IMG/VR virus record: IMGVR_UViG_3300033233_000017
Coordinates: 38,727-102,726 of that record
Origin: a virus
Length of the DNA stretch: 64,000 bases
Direction: 5' to 3' (one strand)
Below the pieces are notes generated by a model that worked only from the letters and a program-made list of their open reading frames with translations, was not told the DNA's origin and ran no database searches. Below are positions 27,101 to 35,439 of this stretch, one piece after another; the stretch's first letter is position 1; the number at the start of each line of letters is the position of its first letter. Position numbers and translations under genes: made by a program.

Positions 27101-28510
27101 GTCGTATTCGAGTAGCGACGATTGCGCCAGATCCGCGTCTTCGGCATTGTCGGTAAACACCACGGAGGAAGCGTATCCGCCCGGATTGGTGGCATAACCG
27201 ACCAAGCGGTAGTCTCCGTAGATGCCGCCTGTGCGGTAGATGGCGATGGAGCCCGCGCCCGTGATCTGTGGATCATCGGTGCCGTAGACCGTCACAGCAA
27301 CCGGTTGGCGATTCGCGCTGACTGCGTACTCGTCGAACATCTCCTCGGAAGGGTTGCCTTCATTACCGGTGACCGGGTTCCGGAAGGTGTAGCGGTACTT
27401 GTATTTGGTCCGACCACCCGATTCACTGTTCGGCCCACTGCCGCCCGCCAGTTCGACCTTCGTGAAGGTGATTGTGCCCACTCCCCCGGATTTGGCAACC
27501 AGTCGCACCGCCTTGATGTTTGCCCAGGTCTTGCCGGAGCCGCCCGCGCCGGAGATTTTGAGGAAGTCCTGCTTGCGCAGGTACAGATCCTCGCTCGAAG
27601 ACGCACTCATGGGCGGGATCTCTTCCGGAGCCACATAGCGGGAGTAGTCTTCCGGGAGCCCGTAGTTATCGTAGAAGCCCCGGTCGGCCTTCAGGATGCG
27701 GTCTTCGAGAGCTTGGCTGGCCGTCTGCTGCTGCGCCACGTAACTAGACAACGAACTGGGCACAATCGCCTTCTCGTAATAATCCACCCAGTCCCCGGCG
27801 CTGGCCGAGACGTCGAATTGAAGCCGGATGTCCGTGAAGATCGTCGGATCACTCAGAGTCACGACGACGTGAATCGGATCTTCGGAATCGTACCCGTCCT
27901 GCGATTTTCCGCCGCGCGAGAGATCGCTCGCCTGCACGATGGAGGCGTTCTTGTAGGTATTTAGATCACCGCTTGCGAAAGTGACCGTAAGCGTACTGGC
28001 ATTCAGGCAGTCAACCGCCGTCACGGTCTGCGCTGCCGCCCCAGGCGGACGCAAGGCCGGAAGAATTCCCCACCGCTGAAGCGTACTCAGGGTCCCGGTG
28101 TCCTTGAGCATCTGCGAAGCCGAGATGAAGAAATAGGGCGTTCCGCTCGACCCCGCGTGGTATTCCTGAGCGGTCCAGAACTTCCCCCAGTCCGGAAGCG
28201 CGCTCTGTACTTTGGTAAAGCCGGCTGAAAAGTCCGCTGGCCCGCGCCAGATGTCCTGCCCTTCTCCGAAGTACAGCTTTTGGTTTACCAGCCCTGCCGC
28301 CAACCGGAACTTCTTGATGGTGTGGATCAGGCTACCCGGAGAACTTGCCAGCATCCGGGTCGCGCCGGGACGCAGGCTCAGAGCGCCATCTTGAATCGAG
28401 ACGAGGTTTTTAATCTCGACGTACTCACCCTCGCCCAATAGCGACGGATCGCGCCGCTGGACGATGCCTTTGTTCGTGAACGGAATCGTGATGGGTTTGG
28501 GGTCAGGCAT
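24137..28510 (-). CDS. tail stabilisation/nozzle protein (P22 gp10 / tubular protein B-like) with tandem C-terminal domains
   Basis: N-terminus F..KG..D..LL..GE.VE.KNL..DGAL.LRPG, beta-propeller strands (LYKSK..RPESFP, IWFLSYDGIY), insertion YKYRYTF..GNEGNPS; position after the adaptor genes. Confidence 0.7.
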   Translation of the reverse strand: MPDPKPITIPFTNKGIVQRRDPSLLGEGEYVEIKNLVSIQDGALSLRPGATRMLASSPGSLIHTIKKFRLAAGLVNQKLYFGEGQDIWRGPADFSAGFTKVQSALPDWGKFWTAQEYHAGSSGTPYFFISASQMLKDTGTLSTLQRWGILPALRPPGAAAQTVTAVDCLNASTLTVTFASGDLNTYKNASIVQASDLSRGGKSQDGYDSEDPIHVVVTLSDPTIFTDIRLQFDVSASAGDWVDYYEKAIVPSSLSSYVAQQQTASQALEDRILKADRGFYDNYGLPEDYSRYVAPEEIPPMSASSSEDLYLRKQDFLKISGAGGSGKTWANIKAVRLVAKSGGVGTITFTKVELAGGSGPNSESGGRTKYKYRYTFRNPVTGNEGNPSEEMFDEYAVSANRQPVAVTVYGTDDPQITGAGSIAIYRTGGIYGDYRLVGYATNPGGYASSVVFTDNAEDADLAQSSLLEYDNDPPVRSTLPVQFVGSLQANYAAGQSSIGVGVSTAALTIGSTVYIGSGANAESCTIQALGSNSMSVWLQRAHSTGERVSCDSVVGSPCRLSCQAYESLFLAGDPNNPHVLYKSKKARPESFPIVNLTTGVAHTVNVGSPSNPIVAITDFSDIILCLNLNSIYVVQLYLGVMRAPTETPSKRGLIAAGAWCKTNGEIWFLSYDGIYSWSGGEAILRSRQIDWMFKGKTVNGLAPIDLSDAYREKIRFEFHKNAIRVACFDTMGNSITLYCDLSDPAAPEGKWHILRPAMEAGNVAATYTAFYSDVDTGNLLCARNYNTGSTVSAYIYQEDSNTLGDNSSTVDYALQTGWFNTRSLNNQISDFVIELENVDAVSLKTYYNFSTSVDETITIPASPTGGRHRYSVPVKLDGNGLTEGKQCFAMQLRFEGATKAALSLYSITLNVIELAQTQRGKAYDWNALEYPHDKRLDQLVIVYNAHNQSIPLNLDILSGIAGNTQTNAVATFTLTGNNRAVATLPIKLAAGGREVVAKAVRLRPSTPTSDFEIFDWNVTYEKYPADITLFTEPDDCGTPYLKYFQQIVLDVDTGGVAASVVVEVDGVDVQTLSVSTTFATRRQNLTLHQGISGKKARIRVTPGTNGKFQMFSKPDFIVAPADKGPVMHSFDWDSLGYPYDKKLKQIIIEYEVTTPATMVMDGLFGLTGAQTVSQIMEFNLVTGGRRLETFLIPDGKVVKMVRIYPKAAPLLPTDFREWKYTIDKDNYPPDTIAATEWDACGYPFEKVMRSFTLGVDTSGVAANVAFQADGVTYQNFSVNSGTLDRARILTVQPNIVGKLFRIVPTPGAGGKFQLFTNPPIWNFAREPAPLTYWCSGEIVLGYEGYKFLKQVWLHYISAGSVDFRIYRDGGQLLYTKRLPPHTYRDVEHFLIPLRAGSILNKSIRYKFEVESVADEYSTKHIFKVYGDGSRVESKQLSGDQRQGYNQNLLWEAMQVQS

Positions 28511-28513
28511 GGC

Positions 28514-29179
28514 TCAACTCTCGACAATTTCGCCCATGATGGTTTGGGCCAGGGAGACGCATTCCTCGTAACGAGCCCCGCAATAACGCGCTCGCAAAGC
28601 GTCCTTATGCTCCGCGTTACTGGTGAAGATCTTCCACAGAATGCGATATTTAAGGCCATAAGTCAGCGAATCCGGGATGCCTTCAACCACGGTATCGAGC
28701 GTCAAGGCGCTCACGGAAGGACGGATGCTGGACAGCGCCATGAGGTTCATCGCGGCGTCACTGAGTACCGGGTTGTCGGGAATCTCTGCTCCGGTCTGCG
28801 AGGGCATGGGGACCACCTCGAAGGTATGCGGAGGCAGGCGGTCCCGATGCCACTTCTCCGGCCATGAACTCTCGCTCTGCCAGTCCCGGTAGCCTTCGTT
28901 CTCAATCGAGAACGCATCCGTGGGCACGAGGTACTCCTGGTCGTAGAATAAGCACTCGAACTCCATGGCGATGTCCGGCAAGGTGTACACTCCCGTGTAG
29001 GCCAACGCTTGCAGGTACAGCCATTGCTTGTAGATCCCGGTGCGCTGTGTGAAGTCGATCAGCGCGTCGGAAGCGTAACTCAGGATGTCGTCGGAAGTGA
29101 CCAAGCCCAACTGCAACCCGCCCGGTTCCAGCAGTATGTCGCAGATGTCGAGATAGATGTCATTGAGAGTCGTGCTCAT
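28514..29179 (-). CDS. head-tail adaptor / ring protein paralogue
   Basis: Helical N-terminus, YTLP, VVPMP, IP..L.Y; P22 gp4-like layout. Confidence 0.6.
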   Translation of the reverse strand: MSTTLNDIYLDICDILLEPGGLQLGLVTSDDILSYASDALIDFTQRTGIYKQWLYLQALAYTGVYTLPDIAMEFECLFYDQEYLVPTDAFSIENEGYRDWQSESSWPEKWHRDRLPPHTFEVVPMPSQTGAEIPDNPVLSDAAMNLMALSSIRPSVSALTLDTVVEGIPDSLTYGLKYRILWKIFTSNAEHKDALRARYCGARYEECVSLAQTIMGEIVES

Positions 29180-29820
29180 TTACTGGTCCGTTCGATCTCA
29201 AAATAGGGCATCTTCATCTTTTGCCAGCGCATCCGCGACTTCATCTTCTTCTGGAAACTGAGGTAACTCTCCGCCGCGTCCGCGAAAGTTTTACCCGCCT
29301 CCATCAGCGGAAGCGTGCTGGACGCGTACTCCACGATGATTTCGTGGAACTCGTCTTCGATGTCGATCACGTCCGTATCGAGCACCAGTTTGACCGGCTC
29401 CAGCACCCCGTAGACGCGCAGGTCCCGCCCCCCGATGGCGTCAGCGGGGTGGATAGCAAACTGGGTGAGCCCGAGCGGAATCCAATCCGCCACGGGAGCA
29501 TCTTCGGTCGCAGTAGTCTCTTTGAGCCAGCGCGGAAGCAGTCCGGAGAGTGTGGTCAATTCGCATTTATTGAGAAGCTTTCCCTCGAACCAGATCGACA
29601 GCGGAAACAGCACCGTTGCGGGCATGGCGTACACCGCTTGATTCGCCACCGTATAACTGGGAACGGAGACGTAGCCCACCGTGAACCCGGTGAAGTTGTT
29701 CAATACCCGAATGCCTTCGTTGATGGCGCACACGCAGGTCGCGCGCTCATAGAACGCGGTGTTGTTCTCCAGTCGCGCATAGACCGAATCGAGCAGATCC
29801 GCCAAAGAAGTGTCGGGCAT
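29176..29820 (-). CDS. head-tail adaptor / ring protein paralogue
   Basis: AINEG, YAMP, IHPA, EFHEIIVEYA. Confidence 0.6.
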   Translation of the reverse strand: MPDTSLADLLDSVYARLENNTAFYERATCVCAINEGIRVLNNFTGFTVGYVSVPSYTVANQAVYAMPATVLFPLSIWFEGKLLNKCELTTLSGLLPRWLKETTATEDAPVADWIPLGLTQFAIHPADAIGGRDLRVYGVLEPVKLVLDTDVIDIEDEFHEIIVEYASSTLPLMEAGKTFADAAESYLSFQKKMKSRMRWQKMKMPYFEIERTSK

Positions 29821-29826
29821 GGGCGC

Positions 29827-30057
29827 TTATCGTTTCTCCGGGGTATAAGCGGTCTCCTGCGGAGTTCCGTCAATGTTCCAGTGCTGCGCGTAGATCGCCA
29901 GAAACGCCTTCAGCGCACCGATCCCGAGTGCAATCCAGGCGCATACCTTCGGTGGCACCATAGTGCCCAACTGGGTCAGATCGACCGCCATCAGCGCCCA
30001 CAGGATCGTTTGCAGCAGCGCCAGTGTTCGTTGCGAGATAGGGACCTGAATCTGCAT
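29827..30057 (-). CDS. small two-TM membrane protein, holin candidate
   Basis: Two hydrophobic helices and a polar C-terminus (NIDGTP). Confidence 0.5.
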   Translation of the reverse strand: MQIQVPISQRTLALLQTILWALMAVDLTQLGTMVPPKVCAWIALGIGALKAFLAIYAQHWNIDGTPQETAYTPEKR

Positions 30058-30062
30058 GGGCT

Positions 30063-30302
30063 TTACCCCTTTTTCGAGAAATCGAAAACACTGCCACCCG
30101 GAACATCAAACCGCTCGGCTTCGCGCTGCTTGTCCCAAAATGCCTCCGGGAAGGTCGGATATTTGTCTCCGGATTTCATGTTGAGTACCGCCTCGTCGTG
30201 CGCCGCCTGCATCCGTTCGGCCTCCATGCCTGCGCTCAGAAAGGTCCCGCCACTTCCCGCCGTGGCGGAATCGGGACTCAAGAAATCGTCTTGGTGCTTC
30301 AT
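30063..30302 (-). CDS. hypothetical protein
   Basis: RBS AGGAG; tight packing with neighbours. Confidence 0.55.
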   Translation of the reverse strand: MKHQDDFLSPDSATAGSGGTFLSAGMEAERMQAAHDEAVLNMKSGDKYPTFPEAFWDKQREAERFDVPGGSVFDFSKKG

Positions 30303-30313
30303 CGCTACTCTCC

Positions 30314-31459
30314 TTAATTGAAGTCAAAGTCGGCGTGCGAACGGTGATAGTCCGGCCCTCCGCCCAGATTGCGACCGTGCCCGTAATCGTAGGTGAACGC
30401 TTGCGCCAGTTTCGAGTCGTCCGCTTTCGCCGCTTCCTGCCACTCCTGCTGGAACATCAGTTCGTAGTAATCCGCCGTCTTGGGGTCGTACCACACGTCC
30501 TGCATGTTCACCTTAGTGCGCAGCGCCTTCGACAGTGCGCCCCAGATCCACACATTGGGGTTGATGAAGTGCGGAGGTCGGTCATCCGGGCTGCGCAGGT
30601 CCGGCCACTGCCGGAAGTAAAGATAGGGCAGTTGCCGCGCCGTGTAACTGGATGGGTAGATCTCGTACTGCATGTTCCCGTTCTCATTCGCTCCCAAATC
30701 AATCAGGGCTCGTGGTGGTCCCACCTGCGACCGTTGCGGATCTTCGACCAGCAACCGCGCCAACGGCACGTGCAGTTCCAGTTCATGCGGTTGTACCGGG
30801 TCCCACACGTTCATGAGTTCTTTGACGTCCGGCGCAAGGCAGGTGTAGATTTTGCGGATCGAATAGGCCGCGCCCACCGAATCGGTGTAGGACCACGGCA
30901 TGTCGATCACCAGGGACGTGGCGCTGGTCACCGCGCGCACCGTAAAGGTAGGGTCGAACAGCCCCAGGCGCAATTGCAGACCGGACAGACTACTCGCATA
31001 GACCGGCGCGTTCTGCGGATGGTTATAGGCGAATTTGGCGATGAAACCGGTAGGCCGGATATCCACCACGGGGACGATCTCCTGCTCTGCCGCGCCTGCG
31101 TCGATCAGCAGCACGCTGTCCGAGGTGATGTTCACCATGGACGCCGGAGTCACCACCGCATAACCGGGACGCTGAAGCGCCTGCGTCAGCGTGGTGTTCA
31201 CCCAATCATTGAGCGGCCACGCCGTTCCGTTGCCCGTGACCGTAGTGGAGCCGCGCGTCATTGTGGCGGTGCCGGCGATGTACGGGTCCGGCAGCGCGAG
31301 TACGCCTCTGGTCACCAGCCCCGACCAGTAGGGACGCCGATCCATGACACTGCGAATGGCTTGATTGATCCAGGCGCGACACATCTCTGGAGACACGTTG
31401 GGCTTGGTGCCCTTGATGACTCCGATCATGCTGGCAAGCGTCTCCGAATACTGCGACAC
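30314..31459 (-). CDS. head-tail adaptor / tubular protein A-like with inserted beta domain
   Basis: WINQA, insertion GSTTVTGNGTAW, YEIYP, D.PP; GGAGG RBS. Confidence 0.65.
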   Translation of the reverse strand: MSQYSETLASMIGVIKGTKPNVSPEMCRAWINQAIRSVMDRRPYWSGLVTRGVLALPDPYIAGTATMTRGSTTVTGNGTAWPLNDWVNTTLTQALQRPGYAVVTPASMVNITSDSVLLIDAGAAEQEIVPVVDIRPTGFIAKFAYNHPQNAPVYASSLSGLQLRLGLFDPTFTVRAVTSATSLVIDMPWSYTDSVGAAYSIRKIYTCLAPDVKELMNVWDPVQPHELELHVPLARLLVEDPQRSQVGPPRALIDLGANENGNMQYEIYPSSYTARQLPYLYFRQWPDLRSPDDRPPHFINPNVWIWGALSKALRTKVNMQDVWYDPKTADYYELMFQQEWQEAAKADDSKLAQAFTYDYGHGRNLGGGPDYHRSHADFDFN

Positions 31460-31496
31460 GGATCAACCTCCGGCGTATGCGCACATACGCTCTAAG

Positions 31497-31540
31497 CAAA
31501 AGACGGGATTGGCCTCGTTTGCGGAGAGCCAACCCCGTCT
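31497..31540 (-). terminator. intrinsic terminator after the capsid/decoration genes
   Basis: Minus strand reads AGACGGGGTTGGC..GCCAATCCCGTCT followed by TTTT. Confidence 0.7.
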
Positions 31541-31574
31541 CGTTAACACGGGACTCTACCGCCCCGTCGCTGGT

Positions 31575-32015
31575 TTAGAAGCTGTACCAGACCGTCCCGG
31601 TCGGCATCAGTGTCGCCGCCGCGTTCGCTGCGAGCGTCTTGGCGGCAGCGCCGTCAATCTGCCCTCCCGTGGCGGTGATGGTCAGTGAAGCCGCATTCGC
31701 CCGAATCCGGACGGGGAAGCCAGCCGGGAAGAGGCTCGTTGCGGCCAGCACCAGGGCACCCGCGTCTTGCACGCTCAGGAACGGCACATAGGCCGAGAGC
31801 GTGCCGCCAGCGGCGATGGTGGTCAAACCGGTACTGCCGAGTGGCGGCAGCGGAATCCAGGTTCCGGGCCAGCCTTCCACGGAGCAGATCCAGCCCATGG
31901 GAGCCCCCGCTACGGGGCTCTGTTGGAAAACGATCTCACCTGCTTGGTGGAAGATCGCCGTGTCGGTCGGGGCAGCGGTGCCCCACTGGGGTTGCAGAAG
32001 CGCGATGTCAGACAT
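31575..32015 (-). CDS. putative capsid decoration protein
   Basis: Directly downstream of the major capsid gene; AAPT..GEIV..P..GWIC..GWPGTW motif seen in fibre and decoration proteins. Confidence 0.55.
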   Translation of the reverse strand: MSDIALLQPQWGTAAPTDTAIFHQAGEIVFQQSPVAGAPMGWICSVEGWPGTWIPLPPLGSTGLTTIAAGGTLSAYVPFLSVQDAGALVLAATSLFPAGFPVRIRANAASLTITATGGQIDGAAAKTLAANAAATLMPTGTVWYSF

Positions 32016-32058
32016 GTCATCTCTCCTTATCAGTCGTTACTCACGTGCGCTCTGCGGC

Positions 32059-33135
32059 TTAGAGCAGCGCGGTGCCCACCAGCTTGAAGCAGGTGCGCGG
32101 ATTCGGAACCAGCATGTTGCCAGCGAACAAGAACTGGCCTGCCAGATCGGGGTCATTCCGGCTGTCTTTGAAGCCAGTGAAGCCGAACTGCCACTTCGGG
32201 TTGTCGGTGATGTGAAGCTGAATGTAGTTGGTATTCAGCCCGAGCATCATGCCGTTGGTGCCGTCCTGCGGCATGTACTTGTCCACCACCACGTCGGCCA
32301 CGCCGTTGAACCGGAAACTCTTGAAACCGACTTTGGCAACATCGACTTCACCCGGTCCGTAGTAGCGCTGGTTGGGCTGGAGCGCCTGCCACGTCTTGTT
32401 CCAGCCGGTCTGCGTGCCCACCATCATGTCGGGATAGTCGTTGCCGTACCACGCGGCACCGAAGGCGTCCTGAATGGTGTTCAGCGAGAACGTTCCGTAA
32501 GCGCGATTGACGAACGCATTCAAGCCCTGCAACGCGCTGTTGGGGGTCGTGGTCGTGGAGAACGTCAGTGCGCTCGGGAACAGATCGGCGCGAGTGATGC
32601 CGCCGACCGCCGCGAACGCCTTGTCCTGGTTTGCGCTGGTGGTGTAACTGCCGTTGCTCGAACCGTCGTCGATCCAGGCCAGTAGGCCGTCCAGATGCTT
32701 CGTGGTGGACAGCACCGTGCCCATGGCGGCGGTCTGCCCATCCCGGTAGATGGCCTGCGAGAGCAGTTTCGCCATCTTCATAGAGGCGTTCGCCATCTTG
32801 ACTTCGGCCTGAGAGAAAGCCGTGTTGCGGCCCCGGTTCAGGACGTCATCGACACCGTACAGCGTGACGTTGACGTAGTAGTACTTCATGTACACCTGAA
32901 CTGCGGTCTCGGTCTTCACGAAGGCCGTGTTGAAGGTTTCGCCTTTGGCGTATGCGTCACCGTTCAGTTCCGCATAGGTCAAGGGCTGTTGAATCAGCGT
33001 TCCGCCTGGGAACGCGATGCGGTTGCGCGCCAGCAGCCGGGTCAAAAGCGGCGACTGTTTGAAAATCACGTCAACCGTTTTTGGTTTAAGCTCCTGTTGC
33101 GTGAACGCATTGAGTTCGGTCAGAGCCAGTGACAT
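32059..33135 (-). CDS. major capsid protein (HK97 fold)
   Basis: 358 aa; VDVIFKQSPLL.RL, GG..IQQPL.Y, DGLL, GF....FNG..VVVD, GNMLV.NPR; follows the scaffold gene. Confidence 0.85.
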   Translation of the reverse strand: MSLALTELNAFTQQELKPKTVDVIFKQSPLLTRLLARNRIAFPGGTLIQQPLTYAELNGDAYAKGETFNTAFVKTETAVQVYMKYYYVNVTLYGVDDVLNRGRNTAFSQAEVKMANASMKMAKLLSQAIYRDGQTAAMGTVLSTTKHLDGLLAWIDDGSSNGSYTTSANQDKAFAAVGGITRADLFPSALTFSTTTTPNSALQGLNAFVNRAYGTFSLNTIQDAFGAAWYGNDYPDMMVGTQTGWNKTWQALQPNQRYYGPGEVDVAKVGFKSFRFNGVADVVVDKYMPQDGTNGMMLGLNTNYIQLHITDNPKWQFGFTGFKDSRNDPDLAGQFLFAGNMLVPNPRTCFKLVGTALL

Positions 33136-33235
33136 TGTTTTTTCCTTTTTCTCTTCTACGTTTCGCTTTACTTACTCGCTCGAAAGTTCCCAATGCGTTC
33201 AGCAGGCCAGTGCGCGCGTTCGCGCGTACCTCCGC

Positions 33236-34126
33236 TTAGGCGGATTCGAGCGCCTTTTGCTCCATGATGCGGGCGTACTCACGGGCGGTCTGCCCGGTCC
33301 CCAAGGGGGCCGTTTCGGAGGTCTGGGATGCGCCCTTCTCCCCGGCAGGCCGAGTCAGCCGTTCCTGGAAGTGGCCCATCTGCGGAGCTTCGGTATCGAC
33401 CGGAGAGGCTCCTTGTGGACTCGCGTTGCGCTCCATGAGCACTTTCCTGCGCTCGTCGGCACGCACATCTTCCAGTTCTTTCTGCCGCTTTTCGGTTTCC
33501 CGAGCGGTGCGTTTCTCAGCGGTTATCTCCCGGTAGTAGGCGTCCAAGTCCCAGTTTTTGGCCTTGGCCGCGCCTTCGAGTAACTCGTCCGGGTTCAGAA
33601 CTTCGCCGTACTCCTTGTAATGCTGCAAGAGCAACTGCGGAACCTTGGTCGCGGTATACGCGTAGCCCTTGATGTTGTTGTCGAGGTACGCCTGGACTTC
33701 GGCGGTTTTCTCGGTCAGTTTCTCAGCCAGCAGCGCCTCCACTTTAGGGGTGGTAGCGATGCCTTGAGCATCCACAGCCTTCGTCAGAAAGCTGTTGAAT
33801 TCATCGAAGTCCACAGTGCCTCCTGCTAGAACCTTTTTCTGCAAATCGGCCAGTTTCGCATCCTTCTCCAGTTCGCGCTTCAGCGCGCCATGGCCGTCTC
33901 CGTATGCGTCCTCGACCCAATACTCGTCGCGCCACTGATCCCACTGCTTGGAGCGTTCCACCTGGGCTCGGAGTTCGTCCTGTCGCCGGGAGTAATCCGA
34001 CTGCCGCAGGTAGCCCTTCTCTAGCTCGCGCGGTAGGTCCGGGTATTTCGCACCCAAACTCCGAAATGCCTCGCGTCCCTCGTTGTCGGGGATCACGGCC
34101 AGCAAATCGTCAAATACGTTCGCCAT
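33236..34126 (-). CDS. capsid scaffolding protein
   Basis: KGYLRQSDYSRRQDEL motif typical of podovirus scaffolds; acidic coiled coil; upstream of the major capsid gene. Confidence 0.75.
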   Translation of the reverse strand: MANVFDDLLAVIPDNEGREAFRSLGAKYPDLPRELEKGYLRQSDYSRRQDELRAQVERSKQWDQWRDEYWVEDAYGDGHGALKRELEKDAKLADLQKKVLAGGTVDFDEFNSFLTKAVDAQGIATTPKVEALLAEKLTEKTAEVQAYLDNNIKGYAYTATKVPQLLLQHYKEYGEVLNPDELLEGAAKAKNWDLDAYYREITAEKRTARETEKRQKELEDVRADERRKVLMERNASPQGASPVDTEAPQMGHFQERLTRPAGEKGASQTSETAPLGTGQTAREYARIMEQKALESA

Positions 34127-34152
34127 TCATCATCCTCATCGCGTCGAACCAA

Positions 34153-34557
34153 CTACGTCATGGCGAGGTTGTCGGCCCCTTCCGGAGAACCCGGAGCGAG
34201 GGAACTGCCCTGCTGACCTTGTTGGTCTTGCGATTCTGCTGTCATGAGTTCGTTCATAAAGGCGGAGCCGATAGTGCCCATGCGCTGCAACAGCGGAACT
34301 AGATCGGGCCGCTGTTGCAAAGTCGCGGTGGCTACCTGCGCCAGTTTCGCCGCCACCTGGGACATCAGTTCCTTAATCAGTTCCGTCCCCGAGAACTGAC
34401 GCATTACATCCTGGTCTTGCGCCACGGGAGGAGCACTCGAACCCTGCCCCTGGTCCGGTCGGCCATAACCGCCCTGCACATAGCGCATGGCGGCGGGAGC
34501 CTGCTGCATCTGAATGGCAGGCGGAATCGGAGGCATCGAACGATCCATCATCGGCAT
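34153..34557 (-). CDS. hypothetical Q/P-rich head-module protein
   Basis: Packed between the portal region and the scaffold. Confidence 0.55.
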   Translation of the reverse strand: MPMMDRSMPPIPPAIQMQQAPAAMRYVQGGYGRPDQGQGSSAPPVAQDQDVMRQFSGTELIKELMSQVAAKLAQVATATLQQRPDLVPLLQRMGTIGSAFMNELMTAESQDQQGQQGSSLAPGSPEGADNLAMT

Positions 34558-34563
34558 AGCGGA

Positions 34564-34923
34564 TCAACCCTTCTTATTCGGAGGAGTCTGCTTGAAAATC
34601 GGCGTGGAGCCGGATTCCCATCCCCGGTGCGGGGTGCGGTCGAGCGGCACTTTGCCGCCGAAGGTTTCCTGGTTGGCGGACCCGGAATAGGAGTCCATCG
34701 GGGTGACGCCCTTCAGCGGCACGTTGTCCGCGAAGGTATCAATGGGGGAGCCGCCGCTGCGGTCGCGCTCCATGTCGGCAGGCCCGTTTTTGAGCGGGGC
34801 TTTGTCAGCAAACGTGTCCATGTTCACGGTCAGCACCCCTTCTTTCCCGGCTTTCCGGGCTTGGCCAGAGGAAACGGCTTTGCGGGAGGTTTCTTCACCT
34901 TTTTTCTCCTTTGCTCGCAACAA
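34564..34923 (-). CDS. hypothetical protein with three DTFAD/ETFG..PL repeats; start may be near 34821
   Basis: Repeats DTFADKAPLK, DTFADNVPLK and ETFGGKVPLD. Confidence 0.5.
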   Translation of the reverse strand: MLRAKEKKGEETSRKAVSSGQARKAGKEGVLTVNMDTFADKAPLKNGPADMERDRSGGSPIDTFADNVPLKGVTPMDSYSGSANQETFGGKVPLDRTPHRGWESGSTPIFKQTPPNKKG

Positions 34924-34954
34924 GTTGCAGCAAATAATTCATCCTACACTCCCA

Positions 34955-34983
34955 GTAATACGTGCAAGCCGATGAAATGTCAA
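34955..34983 (-). promoter_or_regulatory. candidate sigma70-type promoter for the capsid module
   Basis: Minus strand TTGACA (34983-34978), 17-nt spacer, TATTAC (34960-34955). Confidence 0.45.
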
Positions 34984-35064
34984 GAGAAAATCGCTACTTA
35001 GAAGAGGCTTACGGGGTTAGGCGCTAGGTATGTGCGCATACGCGGAGGTGGGAAAACGTTGAAA

Positions 35065-35142
35065 TGGTCGGGGCGAGAGGATTCGAACCTCTGGCCCCCT
35101 GCTCCCAAAGCAGGTGCGCTAACCGGACTGCGCTACGCCCCG
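35065..35142 (-). tRNA. tRNA-Pro (anticodon UGG), 78 nt with encoded CCA
   Basis: Complete cloverleaf: CGGGGCG acceptor stem, GCGC D stem, CCTGC-TTTGGGA-GCAGG anticodon arm, AGAGG-TTCGAAT-CCTCT T arm, ACCA end. Confidence 0.95.
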
Positions 35143-35155
35143 ACGTGGTTTACCA

Positions 35156-35437
35156 TCAATCCTCCCAGTCCGGTAACTCAACGGTCTGCCCCGCCAGAGA
35201 ATGCCAGCAATCTGGAAGAAATTGAATCTTCCCGTCAGTTACGAAGGAGTGACAACGAGAAGCCGGATCATCCTGATTACATAGGAGCGATGGGCTGAAA
35301 GTAGGTTTGTCGAATGATCCGTTCCACGACCATCGCGGGACCTCAAACGGGTGACCGAACTCACAGCCTGGACAGTGGAAGACATAGTTTCTCCCACCGT
35401 TGGCGCTTTGCCCCATGTCGTGGATCTTATCAGCCAC
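35156..35437 (-). CDS. DUF6527-like Zn-binding protein
   Basis: FHCPGC..GH, W.WNGS.DKPTFSPSL, CHSFVTDGKIQFL.DC.H.LAGQTV; GTG start right after the portal stop. Confidence 0.65.
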   Translation of the reverse strand: MADKIHDMGQSANGGRNYVFHCPGCEFGHPFEVPRWSWNGSFDKPTFSPSLLCNQDDPASRCHSFVTDGKIQFLPDCWHSLAGQTVELPDWED

Positions 35438-35439
35438 AT

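Noticed and set aside
29827-30302. Complete lysis cassette
   Set aside because: Only a holin-like gene is visible; no endolysin or spanin motif could be recognised with confidence.
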